DNA of 64,000 nucleotides. It comes from Patescibacteria group bacterium. GTDB lineage: Bacteria > Patescibacteriota > Gracilibacteria > UBA4473. This document shows, in pieces, positions 19,969 through 30,158 of this stretch; the first letter of the stretch is position 1, and the number at the start of each line of letters is the position of its first letter. The stretch covers positions 96,001-160,000 of the forward strand of contig CBFIAK010000001.1 of assembly GCA_965660445.1 (NCBI GenBank). Reading direction: 5' to 3'. The notes beneath the pieces were generated by a model. That model did not search any database and was not told the origin of the DNA. It saw only the letters and a list, made by a program, of their open reading frames with translations. The position numbers were made by a program, and so were the translations under genes.

Positions 19969-21114
19969 TCACTCATATCTCTCATTTTCAAACTCATCTG
20001 ATATTCGATACCGAAACAGGTCATACAGAAGGTGTATCGGAGATCGAACAAGGTGATTGAATGATTGTTGGGCTATGCCTTTCAAAAAGTGTTCGACTTC
20101 TTCAGGATACAATGTGGTTACAATTCGATCTTTTTCGTTCAGCAAAAGAAGGTGATTGTGTTTGTTTTTTCGTACAAAATATTTTCCCTGAAAAGCAGGA
20201 ATCACAAAGTTCTGTTTTTTTATCTCATCAGAACTGTCATCGGTTGGAATCTCTTTCTGATTCAAACTATCAGTGAAATATAAAAAATTATTATTCGTTT
20301 TTACATCTTGAACTCCGTTTCGTTCTTCTTCCGTTGTGTGGTCTTCTATCCAAGTAATAACTTCTTGTATTCGGTCTTTGAACTGCTCTTTTGTTTCTGA
20401 TATTTCCTCTGCATACTGAAGAAGCACTTCCAGAAACAAGGTTTCACCGTCTTGTTTTAAATATATACCTTCTTGCAACTGAGAAAAAGCCGGACGCATC
20501 TGAACGGTATTTCCAAAAGGGTCTTGTGTCGGGTATGGAGTTTTGTCTTCTCTCGTAATCCAAGAATCTAAATGTGTATTTTTATCCATACGCGTATACA
20601 TATTTCGTTTATCAGGAGTCTCGTATTCCCAACCGTATACTCTTTTATCAACCCATATATTTTTTTTCTTTTCGAGTATATACAAACTCAAAGCTTCTAA
20701 AAACACAAGCGGGTTCTCAAACCCTATATCCCGAAAAACAGTCCAAAACTCTTTTGGAGACAAAACTTTTGACGGAAAATATCCACTCGTAAGAAGTGCA
20801 TCATCTGTACTACACGGGATAACTTTTTTATCTCCATGGGTATCAATAATCCATTCTTTTTCTTGGGGATCCGTGCAAAGCGTTTCTATTGTTTCTGTAT
20901 ATTGTGACCGTACTTCTTCAGGAATATTTTCAAAGTATCCTGCGTGTTTTAGGTCTCGTAAACGCGACTGAACATCGTCTTGATACACCATGCCTACAGT
21001 CTGTAATGCCCCATCATCAATAATTTTTTCAACTCGTTCTTTTAGAAACGACTGTTCAAGCTTGTCATACGAAGGTGCATCAAGTACATATTTTTTCATG
21101 TATATAAAATACAT
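19969..21114 (-). CDS. Hypothetical protein
   Basis: 381-aa ORF, no recognised motif. Confidence 0.7.
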   Translation of the reverse strand: MYFIYMKKYVLDAPSYDKLEQSFLKERVEKIIDDGALQTVGMVYQDDVQSRLRDLKHAGYFENIPEEVRSQYTETIETLCTDPQEKEWIIDTHGDKKVIPCSTDDALLTSGYFPSKVLSPKEFWTVFRDIGFENPLVFLEALSLYILEKKKNIWVDKRVYGWEYETPDKRNMYTRMDKNTHLDSWITREDKTPYPTQDPFGNTVQMRPAFSQLQEGIYLKQDGETLFLEVLLQYAEEISETKEQFKDRIQEVITWIEDHTTEEERNGVQDVKTNNNFLYFTDSLNQKEIPTDDSSDEIKKQNFVIPAFQGKYFVRKNKHNHLLLLNEKDRIVTTLYPEEVEHFLKGIAQQSFNHLVRSPIHLLYDLFRYRISDEFENERYE

Positions 21115-21176
21115 AATTATGACATTTCAACAACTGTTTTCTTGTATTGCGAATATATTAGTCGTATATTGAATAT

Positions 21177-21455
21177 ATGAATAATCCTTCAATGTTTGCA
21201 TTAGTTATATTATCTATATTATCAATCATAATATCAATGTTAATAGCTTATTATAGTTGGTATAGAAATAGATCTGTATTTAAAATAGAGCACGGTACAT
21301 ACTTTTTACACCCAGGTAGTCAAGAAAATAAAAATTGTAATGAAAAACTCGAAGAAAAACTTAGCTCTGGTCAGTATATGATTCTCTCAACTAATCCGCA
21401 TCAAGATAAAGGACCCATTGGGTATGACATTTTACTTGCAAAAATAAAAAAATAG
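21177..21455 (+). CDS. Small membrane-anchored hypothetical protein
   Basis: N-terminal TM helix; AT-rich; TATATT 6 nt upstream of ATG. Confidence 0.55.
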   Translation: MNNPSMFALVILSILSIIISMLIAYYSWYRNRSVFKIEHGTYFLHPGSQENKNCNEKLEEKLSSGQYMILSTNPHQDKGPIGYDILLAKIKK

Positions 21456-21468
21456 AAAACTACATTGA

Positions 21469-22179
21469 TTAATAAGAAGAAAAACGCAGTTCAAGTTGTT
21501 CTTTAATGACTTTCCAATTGTGACATCTTGAAGTCAAAAATCGGTAATATTCAGGACTATGATTTTGATATTTCATATGGCAAAGTTCATGCGTAATCAC
21601 ATAATCAATGCATTCTTTAGAAGCCTTTATAAGTTCTGGATTGAGTAAAACCTTTTTTTTCGTCAAAAAACTTCCCCAACGTTTTGGCATTTTTCGGATA
21701 GAAAGCTCCGGAGTAAAATCGTAATTGAATTTCTTTAACATCTGTCGATATCGCTCTTCAAATATTGATTGAGCTCTTTCTTCGTACCATTTGTCGAGCA
21801 ATTCCTTATTTCTGTGAGAATCTGTTACCGATCCGATCGTATGGAGAATTATTTTTCCACTTTCAAAATAAACCTGATCTTGGTCTGATTTTTCCACAAC
21901 AAGCTTGTACTGTCGCCCAAGGTATAACAAAGATTCTCCAGAGATATACTCCTTATTTTTATTGCTCCTCTGCAGTCTTTTGATGTCTTTTACTTGAGCT
22001 GTAATCCAACCACATTTTCGTGTCAAAAAGTTGATAATCTTATCTTCGGGGTGACCATTCGGAACATATAAAACAATCTTCAAATTCGGATACACAGTAA
22101 GGCGAAGCGTTTTCCGCTCCTCTCTGACCAAATAGTATTGGTATTTATAGTCTCCGTAATGAAAGGGTGTTGGTTCCAT
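21469..22179 (-). CDS. M48/YgjP-like (DUF45) metallopeptidase associated with type I R-M
   Basis: RWGS, DYVITHELCH..NHSPEY; overlaps hsdR stop. Confidence 0.9.
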   Translation of the reverse strand: MEPTPFHYGDYKYQYYLVREERKTLRLTVYPNLKIVLYVPNGHPEDKIINFLTRKCGWITAQVKDIKRLQRSNKNKEYISGESLLYLGRQYKLVVEKSDQDQVYFESGKIILHTIGSVTDSHRNKELLDKWYEERAQSIFEERYRQMLKKFNYDFTPELSIRKMPKRWGSFLTKKKVLLNPELIKASKECIDYVITHELCHMKYQNHSPEYYRFLTSRCHNWKVIKEQLELRFSSY

Positions 22180-25100
22180 TAGAATAATTCGTGGTTTTCG
22201 AGTGCCAAACTAATGACTAAATCAAGGATGGAAGCAAGTTCTTCATGAGTAAGATCTAAATCCATATTGAGTTTCACTTCATCGTACAGATAGTCATCAA
22301 TCTTATTCTTAATAATTCTTTGGGTGTCAGATTGTTTGTGCCAGTCAATAATGGTTTCTTTTTTGAGTATCCCAAATACGTCCAAAATAATCTTACATAC
22401 TTGTTCATCATTGAGTCCCAATGCTACAAATCGATCCTTTAAATTTCTGTAAAAAATATCTGCTCCTTTGGCATTTTGTAAGATTTCAGGCAATTGATCA
22501 TCTTCTTTATTAACCATTTTCTCCCGAGCCTCTCTTAGTCTTTTAAGAGCTTCTATGTCTGCCATTTTACCCTCCCGCATTTTTTTCAAAATATCTTGAA
22601 TCTTATCTGAAAATCTTCGGTAAAATTCAGGATCGGTATCTGCCTTTTCGGTAATGGTTCGTTGCATTTGTGAGGCAATCGCTTCGGCTTTTGATTTTGG
22701 CGTCCCTAATGTTTCAAGAGCTTGCTCAAAAGCCTCTGAATCATTTATATTTATCGGTTCAGTGAGCAATTCTACTTTATCGGCATCAATGTATTCATCT
22801 AAAATCTTAACCAGTTGTTTCTTGTATTCAGAAAGGTCTTTTCTATCTGCAAATTTAATCTGACTTGATTTTCGGAGTTCTGCATATCTCTTGAGTTCGA
22901 GCTTATAGGTATCAATGTGTAGGAACCGTGCCGAAAAATCAGGCAATGACATACATTCATCTAGATTTCGAATGAAAGCATTAAAAAGGCTATAAAAATC
23001 ATTTCGTCGTTGTTCTCCTGCTTCCTCAGTGCCCAAAAACTCTAGATAGCTCTCTGTGTCTTTTTTGTTTTTTACGGTCTTAAAGTGCCCTTCAAGATTT
23101 GAATACGCTTGTTCTAGTTCGGATATCTTTTGAGTGGTATCGATCAATGTTCCTTTTACGTCTTCTTCATCAAAGTTCCCAAAGAGTTCCATTGCTGACT
23201 TAATATTCTGGGCATTCTCTGAATAGTCGATGATAAACCCTGCCGTTTTCGGCTTGTCTTTGTTTTCATAGAGTCGATTTACTCGAGCGATAGCCTGCAA
23301 AAGGTTGTGATCTTTGAGGTCTTTGGTGAGGTAAAGTACCGTATTTCGTGGAGCATCAAATCCAGTCAGAAGTTTGTCTACTACAATCAATATTTCAATT
23401 CCATCTGGATCATTTTTAAAGCTTTCTGTGACAGCTTTTTCATAACTCTCTAAATCTCTGTAGTCAGATGATTTTTTCTTTAGGAAATCAGATACTTCTC
23501 GTTTGTGGCTATCGGTTTCATCATCGTGTGCTTGAGCTTCTGATATTACCACTGCAGTGCGGAGCCTTTGTCCTTCTTCGAATACTTTTTGAAACAGTAA
23601 GGCAGAATATTTTGAAGGAGCTACCAATTGAGCCTTGAGTCCTGTTCCTTGGAAATAACTTCGAAAGTGATCTTCGATATCATATGCAATCTCCGTAATC
23701 CGATGAGGATTGTTTTTGATTACTTTTTGATTAATAAATCGTTGTAAATCTTTTACCGAATCAGGATCAAGTCCTGCGGTGATTCGTTCTACATGACGAT
23801 CTACTTTCTCTTTATTCTGATTGAGTTCGGTATATCGCCCTTCATAGATTAAGGGTAGAACTATCCCGTCTTCGAGTGCATCATCAATCGTATATTTATC
23901 AATAAATCCACCAAAACGATTGTGCGATTTATCATTTTTGAGAAGTGGCGTTCCCGTAAACCCAATAAAACACGCATTTGGAATCATCCGTCGCATTTCT
24001 TCACTTGCCATTCCGTATTGTGTTCGATGGGCTTCATCAATAAGTACAAAGATATTTTCGTCTTTATCTGCAAAACTTCCTCGTTTTTTGCTGAGACTAT
24101 CAAATTTATGTACGAGAGATGTGATAACCGCAGGATTTTTTTCTTTCAGTAATTTTAAAAGTTGATTTCCATTCTTTGTTTTAATGACGTCCTTTTTGAG
24201 ATTACAGTTCTTGAACGTATTTGAAATCTGTCGATCCAAATCGACTCGATCGGTGATAATCAAAATTCGAGGATTGATGAGTTCTGGATTTTCGATCAAT
24301 GCTTTTACAAAAAGCACCATCGTTAAAGATTTCCCCGATCCCTGCGTATGCCAGACGATTCCTCCTTGTCTCTTTTCTCCCTCTACGCCCTTTTCTTTCA
24401 GAGAAACTCGTTTAAGCATTTTACTAATCGCAAAGTACTGCTGGTATCGAGCAATTTTCTTTGTCCCACCGTCAAAGAGCATAAAGTATCGTGTCAAATT
24501 GAGAAGCCGATCTGGTCGTAAAATACAGTACAGCGTACGATCTTGCTTGGTCGTCAGCCGATCTGTAAGCTGACGATGATTGAGGGTTACCCCATTCATA
24601 TCCGTGCACATGATTCTGTAAATTTCTGAGTCAATATGTGTATGGATATGTTTTTGGATTTCTGTATCAAGGACATCCAAATCAGTTTCTTTCTCTTTCC
24701 ACGAAGCATAAAACTTCGTCGGGGTTCCCGTCGTTCCGTATAAACATTCCTCCACATTGGTTCCGATCAAAAGCTGAGGATACACAAAGAATTTTGGTGA
24801 ATACTCCGGTTTTTGATTTCGGTTCATTTGATTGAGTGCGTCTTTTACTTCGGTGCCTGATTTTTTGTTTTCAATTACCACGAAAGGAATCCCGTTTACA
24901 TAACACACGATATCGGGACGAATATTTTCATTTTTCCCATTCACAGGTACTTCAACCGCTACATGAAAGCTATTGTTTTTTGGATTCTGGAAATCAATAA
25001 ATCGAAAGTTTTGTGAAGAAGGTTTTCCATCAATCATAACGGGGAAAGTTTTTCCGCCTTCGGTCATGATAAGGTGATAGACTTCTTTGGCGGTGTCTTG

Positions 25101-25364
25101 AAGCCCATGAACTTGGATGTTTTCAAGTTCTTCAATCGCATCCCACACATTCTTATCACTAAAAGGATATATCTCCCCTTTGTATTCAAAGTGATTGATT
25201 TTCTTCAGGCTTTCAAAGGCAATATTCTTGAGGATAAATTTTCCATTCTCTTCTCGGCGTTGCTTTTTGAGTTCTTCGCACGAGAGATACGTGTACCCCA
25301 TATTGATCAGGAGTTCTACGGCAGGGAGTTGGGATTGTCGGGCTTCGTCAAAATTAGCTTGCAT
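22179..25364 (-). CDS. hsdR: Type I restriction endonuclease subunit R
   Basis: RPDIVCYVNGIPFVVIENK nuclease, WHTQGSGKS, IDEAHR, GFTGTP, QAIARVNR. Confidence 0.96.
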   Translation of the reverse strand: MQANFDEARQSQLPAVELLINMGYTYLSCEELKKQRREENGKFILKNIAFESLKKINHFEYKGEIYPFSDKNVWDAIEELENIQVHGLQDTAKEVYHLIMTEGGKTFPVMIDGKPSSQNFRFIDFQNPKNNSFHVAVEVPVNGKNENIRPDIVCYVNGIPFVVIENKKSGTEVKDALNQMNRNQKPEYSPKFFVYPQLLIGTNVEECLYGTTGTPTKFYASWKEKETDLDVLDTEIQKHIHTHIDSEIYRIMCTDMNGVTLNHRQLTDRLTTKQDRTLYCILRPDRLLNLTRYFMLFDGGTKKIARYQQYFAISKMLKRVSLKEKGVEGEKRQGGIVWHTQGSGKSLTMVLFVKALIENPELINPRILIITDRVDLDRQISNTFKNCNLKKDVIKTKNGNQLLKLLKEKNPAVITSLVHKFDSLSKKRGSFADKDENIFVLIDEAHRTQYGMASEEMRRMIPNACFIGFTGTPLLKNDKSHNRFGGFIDKYTIDDALEDGIVLPLIYEGRYTELNQNKEKVDRHVERITAGLDPDSVKDLQRFINQKVIKNNPHRITEIAYDIEDHFRSYFQGTGLKAQLVAPSKYSALLFQKVFEEGQRLRTAVVISEAQAHDDETDSHKREVSDFLKKKSSDYRDLESYEKAVTESFKNDPDGIEILIVVDKLLTGFDAPRNTVLYLTKDLKDHNLLQAIARVNRLYENKDKPKTAGFIIDYSENAQNIKSAMELFGNFDEEDVKGTLIDTTQKISELEQAYSNLEGHFKTVKNKKDTESYLEFLGTEEAGEQRRNDFYSLFNAFIRNLDECMSLPDFSARFLHIDTYKLELKRYAELRKSSQIKFADRKDLSEYKKQLVKILDEYIDADKVELLTEPININDSEAFEQALETLGTPKSKAEAIASQMQRTITEKADTDPEFYRRFSDKIQDILKKMREGKMADIEALKRLREAREKMVNKEDDQLPEILQNAKGADIFYRNLKDRFVALGLNDEQVCKIILDVFGILKKETIIDWHKQSDTQRIIKNKIDDYLYDEVKLNMDLDLTHEELASILDLVISLALENHELF

Positions 25365-25366
25365 AG

Positions 25367-25972
25367 TCAGATAGTGGTTATTTGTTCTAAAATATTAGCT
25401 TTCGGGTTTATCATATATTTCAAATATTCAATAATGATTTCCCGAATTTTTTCATGGTTGTAGGTCAGTATCTGTTCATAGTGAAAAATTCTATTTCGAA
25501 ATTTTCTTATACGATCAAGATCTGTAGATATTTGTCCGAATTTAATCTTTTTTGTATTCGGAAAAACATGTTTTAATGTTGAATTTTTCCAAATATCTTG
25601 AGCATAGGCTTTATCACAAAGAGATGTCCAAAATCCAAAATTTAATTCCGATATCATTGTATCAACATTTAAATCTTTTTTATCTGCTAATATACGCTCA
25701 TATGCTTGCTCTAATTTTCCTTTATGTCTTGCATGTAAAACATTATTTGCAAAATAAGAAGAAGGGGCATACCAATCTTCCCAATTTTTATTGAGATGTT
25801 TTGCTATTTTATTTCGTAAGATTATTTCTGTAAAATGCATTAAATGATAGAATTTCTGTGATATTCGTATATTTTTTGTATAAACTTCAAATGGAGATAC
25901 TCCAGATTCTTCAGCTTTTCTAATGTAGAATTCGGCTCTTTTCTCTGATATTAATTTCTGTAAATCTTTCAT
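25367..25972 (-). CDS. Abi_2/AbiF-like HEPN-domain protein (putative RNase toxin)
   Basis: EIILRN, ELNFGFWTSL, and Rx4H HEPN motif RNRIFH. Confidence 0.8.
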   Translation of the reverse strand: MKDLQKLISEKRAEFYIRKAEESGVSPFEVYTKNIRISQKFYHLMHFTEIILRNKIAKHLNKNWEDWYAPSSYFANNVLHARHKGKLEQAYERILADKKDLNVDTMISELNFGFWTSLCDKAYAQDIWKNSTLKHVFPNTKKIKFGQISTDLDRIRKFRNRIFHYEQILTYNHEKIREIIIEYLKYMINPKANILEQITTI

Positions 25973-26000
25973 TAAATTAAGTGATAAATTCTATAAAACT

Positions 26001-26029
26001 TTGACAACTTAGAATATTTTTCATATAAT
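26001..26029 (+). promoter_or_regulatory. Perfect consensus sigma70 promoter, divergent from the Abi gene
   Basis: TTGACA-17 nt-TATAAT. Confidence 0.85.
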
Positions 26030-26035
26030 AAGCTT

Positions 26036-26123
26036 AGCATAATCCAGGATTCTTCCTTGCAAATAGCCTCTTGGGGGCTTAAAATAGCCCAAGTTCTCAT
26101 CGCAATAGATACCTGGATTTTTT
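26036..26123 (+). ncRNA. Putative structured small RNA (candidate antitoxin of the HEPN protein)
   Basis: Nested stems AATCCAGG/CCTGGATT, TTGC/GCAA, CTTGGG/CCCAAG; ends in T-run; no ORF. Confidence 0.65.
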
Positions 26124-26129
26124 GTATGT

Positions 26130-27314
26130 TCATTGTTTTGGCATGGTTAGATTTTCGGGAGTTCGAATCTGTCCTGTGATCAGGTTATTGAGCAGATATT
26201 TTTTTTGATCTTCGAGTATTTGTTTTTTCTTTTCGAGGGCGGTGATTTCTTCATCAACTGTCGTGAGGATTTGAGCAATGGCAGTTTGTTCTTCTATATC
26301 AGGCAATTTAATAGTCAAGTATTGATATTCAGATAGATATTTCCGCTTGTGTTCACCTACTATAAAATTTACAAGTTGCATTCTCTCGTAGATAAATTTG
26401 ATATTAAATTTTGAATTGTCCTTTGATCGTAAAAGTTTCATTGCTGATGATTTCACCTTGAACTCAAAATCAACAAACTTATTCGCTGTAGTGAAATCAT
26501 CAAAAATAATTACAGGCAAATTTGTACAGATGCCATCTGTTTCATTTGTGTAGCCAAGAATAAAGCTTTTTCCAGCAGTTAGCACAGGCGTTTTATTTAA
26601 GTCATCATATTGATCACTATCTACTATGTATTTCTGAGGTTGTTCATAACCTAAAACCTCTCCAAGTTCATAGTTTCTCCACTCATCATTAAATCCCTTC
26701 AATCGCCTTTTCCCCGTCAACAACTCCTGCATCAATCCTTTTTTGATGTTTTTCTTGAGTTCGATTTTTCGCGTGAGTTTTTCGATGGATTTGTCCCATG
26801 TTTCGAGGATTGTGACGATGCGGTGTTGTTCGGGGATAGGTGGGACTTTTATTGTTGTGTCTTGAATTTTTGTTGGAGAAGTGTGTCGTACTTTTGTTCC
26901 AGATGCAGTTGCAGATATCTCACTTCTGAATCTCTTCGTCTTGAACGCAAAAAACAAAAACTCTTTGATGCAATTCTTTTTTATTTCAACTAATCCCAGA
27001 CGTTGATTATGTAGAAAGCGATTACTATCAGGTATTATGGCAGCACTCCCCAAAAGTCCTTCCTTTTGCTCGGTCATGGCAATTATTACATCACCCTTAT
27101 TTAAAAGGTATTGCTTCGGGAATTCTCCTGTATAAAATCGATCTTTTTCTCCCCTAAACTTAAAGCCGCCTTCTTCGTAAAAATTCCCTGGAGTTAATAA
27201 TATAAAATCACCTCTTTCTGAAAAAAACTGGCTAGAAAAGGCAAAACCATGCTTAATTTCAATAAGCTCTCCTAATTTCACCTGTTTCCAATCTGTCGGA
27301 ATGGGGTTATTCAT
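26130..27314 (-). CDS. hsdS: Type I R-M specificity subunit (two TRDs)
   Basis: IPTDWKQVKLGE, PPIPEQHRIV, KKGLMQELLTGK, PDIEEQTAIA. Confidence 0.95.
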   Translation of the reverse strand: MNNPIPTDWKQVKLGELIEIKHGFAFSSQFFSERGDFILLTPGNFYEEGGFKFRGEKDRFYTGEFPKQYLLNKGDVIIAMTEQKEGLLGSAAIIPDSNRFLHNQRLGLVEIKKNCIKEFLFFAFKTKRFRSEISATASGTKVRHTSPTKIQDTTIKVPPIPEQHRIVTILETWDKSIEKLTRKIELKKNIKKGLMQELLTGKRRLKGFNDEWRNYELGEVLGYEQPQKYIVDSDQYDDLNKTPVLTAGKSFILGYTNETDGICTNLPVIIFDDFTTANKFVDFEFKVKSSAMKLLRSKDNSKFNIKFIYERMQLVNFIVGEHKRKYLSEYQYLTIKLPDIEEQTAIAQILTTVDEEITALEKKKQILEDQKKYLLNNLITGQIRTPENLTMPKQ

Positions 27315-28326
27315 GGTTATTCCAAATGTTAGCAGTACGATAATCATACAGGTGTAGAATCTTCTGTTTCGCAGGCGTTTTATCTCTATTAAACCCAGCT
27401 ATTCGTGAACGAATTTTTTCAACATCTGGGGAATCTTCACGAGAAACTCCCAAGAATATATTCTTTACTGTTCCTTGTAATAGCCCATCCAAAATATGAT
27501 TATCATTATCTTTTAAGTAAGTCCCCAAAATCACTAAATCTCGATTCACTTCTTTTAAACACCTATAACAATGGTTTAGGTAACCATTATGGATTATTTT
27601 TGTCATTTTTTGAGAACTATCACCCTCTGAGATAAAAACGGGGTAAATCCCTGATGATAAACTATTTCGAACCTGTGTAATAAGCTCAATTCCAGAATTT
27701 TTATATGTTTTTTTAATGATTTGATCTCCTGCATCAAAAAGATGAAGAGCTCCATGAAGGTAGTGTACCTTGAAACTTCGTTTGTTTTTGTAAACAACAT
27801 ATCCTTCATGCTCACTATCTTCATCATTTCCAAATCCGTCCGTAAATTCTGTTTCTTCCGAAGAGGAGTGAATTACAGACCAATACAAGAGAAGGTCATA
27901 ATTCAAGGTAAAAATTTTATCAAAATTCCTCAAAAAAGTGACACATGAATCCTTCTTTTTGGCATCGATATCCGTAGAATTTGTTGGATGATTATTTGTA
28001 ATAATCGTTACCAAATATTCTTTAAGATTATCTGCATCATCCAACAACTGTTTTCTTAGGTTGGGATCTGCCTCATAAACATCAACTACTTTTTCTGTCT
28101 CATTTAATATTCTCATCACACTTTCAAAATCTGCAGTCTCAAGTTTTTGAAAAACCTTATAAACGTAGCTATCTTTTTCGATAATTTTATCCGCAACTGC
28201 AGACTCAAGAAGAGTTGTAAAAGAGAATCTCTCAGGTTCGTATGCCATACTAAAACCATTCCCCAGCAATACATGGGGATTGTTTGCTTGCTCAATAACT
28301 TGATCAAATGTGAGTAATGGGGTCAT
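27307..28326 (-). CDS. DUF4917 family (SIR2-like fold) protein
   Basis: HVLLGNGFS, FTLNYDLLLYW, DGFG, YLHGALHLF. Confidence 0.8.
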   Translation of the reverse strand: MTPLLTFDQVIEQANNPHVLLGNGFSMAYEPERFSFTTLLESAVADKIIEKDSYVYKVFQKLETADFESVMRILNETEKVVDVYEADPNLRKQLLDDADNLKEYLVTIITNNHPTNSTDIDAKKKDSCVTFLRNFDKIFTLNYDLLLYWSVIHSSSEETEFTDGFGNDEDSEHEGYVVYKNKRSFKVHYLHGALHLFDAGDQIIKKTYKNSGIELITQVRNSLSSGIYPVFISEGDSSQKMTKIIHNGYLNHCYRCLKEVNRDLVILGTYLKDNDNHILDGLLQGTVKNIFLGVSREDSPDVEKIRSRIAGFNRDKTPAKQKILHLYDYRTANIWNNHE

Positions 28327-28331
28327 GAGTT

Positions 28332-30155
28332 TTAAAATTTCAGAGCTGCTAAAAGTTTTTTGATCCTTTCCTTTGATTCATCATCAAGTTCAATTTTTTC
28401 TGTGCTTACTTTTTGTAAAAATAACCGAGCCAACAGGACTTTGTCTTTCTTTTGTTTCGAAACATACGCGGAGCTTTTTGTCGTGTATTTTGCCTTCTCA
28501 TTCCCCAAAACAAATTTCTTGAAATCCTGAATACTGAGAATGTCCTCAATTGCATCGCCCTCTTCTCCTGTAACTGCTTTTATTAAATCAGGACTTACAT
28601 GAAATGATTCCAGCCTTTTTTCTCCCTGATCTTTTCCGCTGTCATTGTCGAAAAGATATAAAACTTCAGCTCCCCATCCTTCGAGAATTGTTCCTACAAA
28701 TCCCATATTTGGAGCACCGCCTCCGTTAATAAAGTTGATATTTGTTTTGCTTGATGAAAGTTTTTTAAAGGCTTGCAAATAAAATACATCTGCAGGGCCT
28801 TCAACTACCACGTTCTTTTTTTGATCGATATTTAGAATAGAGTCATTAACCCCCAAACCAATAGCTGTTAGCACCGGAGTGAGAGTTTCTTTACTTGCTT
28901 CATTGTGAGCGTGAATTTTTCCCAAAATTTTACTCCCTTCAACATTGTCTTTTTTCTCAACAAGCCGAACAGCTTCCAGGTTCTCCGGTTCGATCAAATA
29001 GGGAGAATGAGTAGAGAAAAGTACTGGATAATTAGATCCATGTTCTCTAAGGACTTTTAATAAATCTTTTTGTGCTTTTGCGTGCAGATACAATCCAGGT
29101 TCATCAATGAGTATTATATTTGGTTTCCCATCTCTTATACGTGCTACGATCTTAACGTAAAAACTCAAATACCATTGCTGCCCCTTGCTCCGTTGAGATG
29201 GATAGTATTGTTTATCGTTCTCAACAATCCAAAAATTAACTTTTTCTCCATCTCTCTTGACCTCTAGTTTTATGGCATCTTGGGTCCAGAATTGTTTGAA
29301 CTTGTCGGTAAAATCAATATTAACAGCCCGCTCGTGATTTCCTCTCTCTTGAATATTGGTAGATTTGATTTTCTTGATATCAACCTGGCTCACTTCCTGT
29401 AAATCTTTTGCCCACTCATCATTTTCAAGAGCAGAAACATCTATTGATTGTGGGAACTCATCTTCAAAAGATGAGAAAAGTATGAAATAAGGAAGCTTTG
29501 ATGAGACAAATTTTTCTATAAAGTCCGTACAAAGCTTTTCCCTTGCAAAATATTGATCTATTGCGTCAATGACTGCCTCAGCCTTTTCATTGAGACCGTT
29601 TTTTTCTTCTGCACTGAAACCATGTGCCTGAATGTTTGTCTGGAAGCTTTTAATTTCTGTTTTTAAGGCTTTGAATGTTTTCGTTTTATCTAGACTTGGG
29701 ATCGCCAAATTCACAGTGGATCCATCTACGATTTTTTTAAGTTGCCCTAATCCATTTAGGACAATTTTTTTCTGTGGAAAATATATTAACTCTAGTCCTA
29801 AGGCCTTTCGAGACTCTAAATCCAAAATGTATTTCTTTTCTCCATAAGATTTTCTTAGGGAAATTTCTGTCTTTTTTGAAACACTTGATTCAAATCCTAT
29901 TTCACCAAATATCTCATTAATTTCCTTACTTGTTAGACTAAATGTAACAGATATTTCAGGATCTTCTTCTGAGTTTATTGATTTTGCTTCTTCTCGTATT
30001 TCATTGTTTTCGTGAAAATCTTCCAACGCTTCAAGTATAGAAGTTTTCCCTGACTCATTTTTCCCCGCCAATATGGTAAGACCTTTACTAAAATAACAGT
30101 CATTTGAGTCAACAATAGATTTATAGTTTTTGATTCTGAATTTAATAACTTCCAT
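28332..30155 (-). CDS. OLD-like ABC ATPase + TOPRIM nuclease
   Basis: GKNESGKTS Walker A, RSKG signature, LIDEPGLYLH, STHSPY; TOPRIM VVEGPAD and FDND. Confidence 0.87.
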   Translation of the reverse strand: MEVIKFRIKNYKSIVDSNDCYFSKGLTILAGKNESGKTSILEALEDFHENNEIREEAKSINSEEDPEISVTFSLTSKEINEIFGEIGFESSVSKKTEISLRKSYGEKKYILDLESRKALGLELIYFPQKKIVLNGLGQLKKIVDGSTVNLAIPSLDKTKTFKALKTEIKSFQTNIQAHGFSAEEKNGLNEKAEAVIDAIDQYFAREKLCTDFIEKFVSSKLPYFILFSSFEDEFPQSIDVSALENDEWAKDLQEVSQVDIKKIKSTNIQERGNHERAVNIDFTDKFKQFWTQDAIKLEVKRDGEKVNFWIVENDKQYYPSQRSKGQQWYLSFYVKIVARIRDGKPNIILIDEPGLYLHAKAQKDLLKVLREHGSNYPVLFSTHSPYLIEPENLEAVRLVEKKDNVEGSKILGKIHAHNEASKETLTPVLTAIGLGVNDSILNIDQKKNVVVEGPADVFYLQAFKKLSSSKTNINFINGGGAPNMGFVGTILEGWGAEVLYLFDNDSGKDQGEKRLESFHVSPDLIKAVTGEEGDAIEDILSIQDFKKFVLGNEKAKYTTKSSAYVSKQKKDKVLLARLFLQKVSTEKIELDDESKERIKKLLAALKF

Positions 30156-30158
30156 AGT

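Noticed and set aside
28332-30155. Gabija system
   Set aside because: No adjacent GajB UvrD-like helicase; the UvrD gene at 512-3496 is distant and in a housekeeping context
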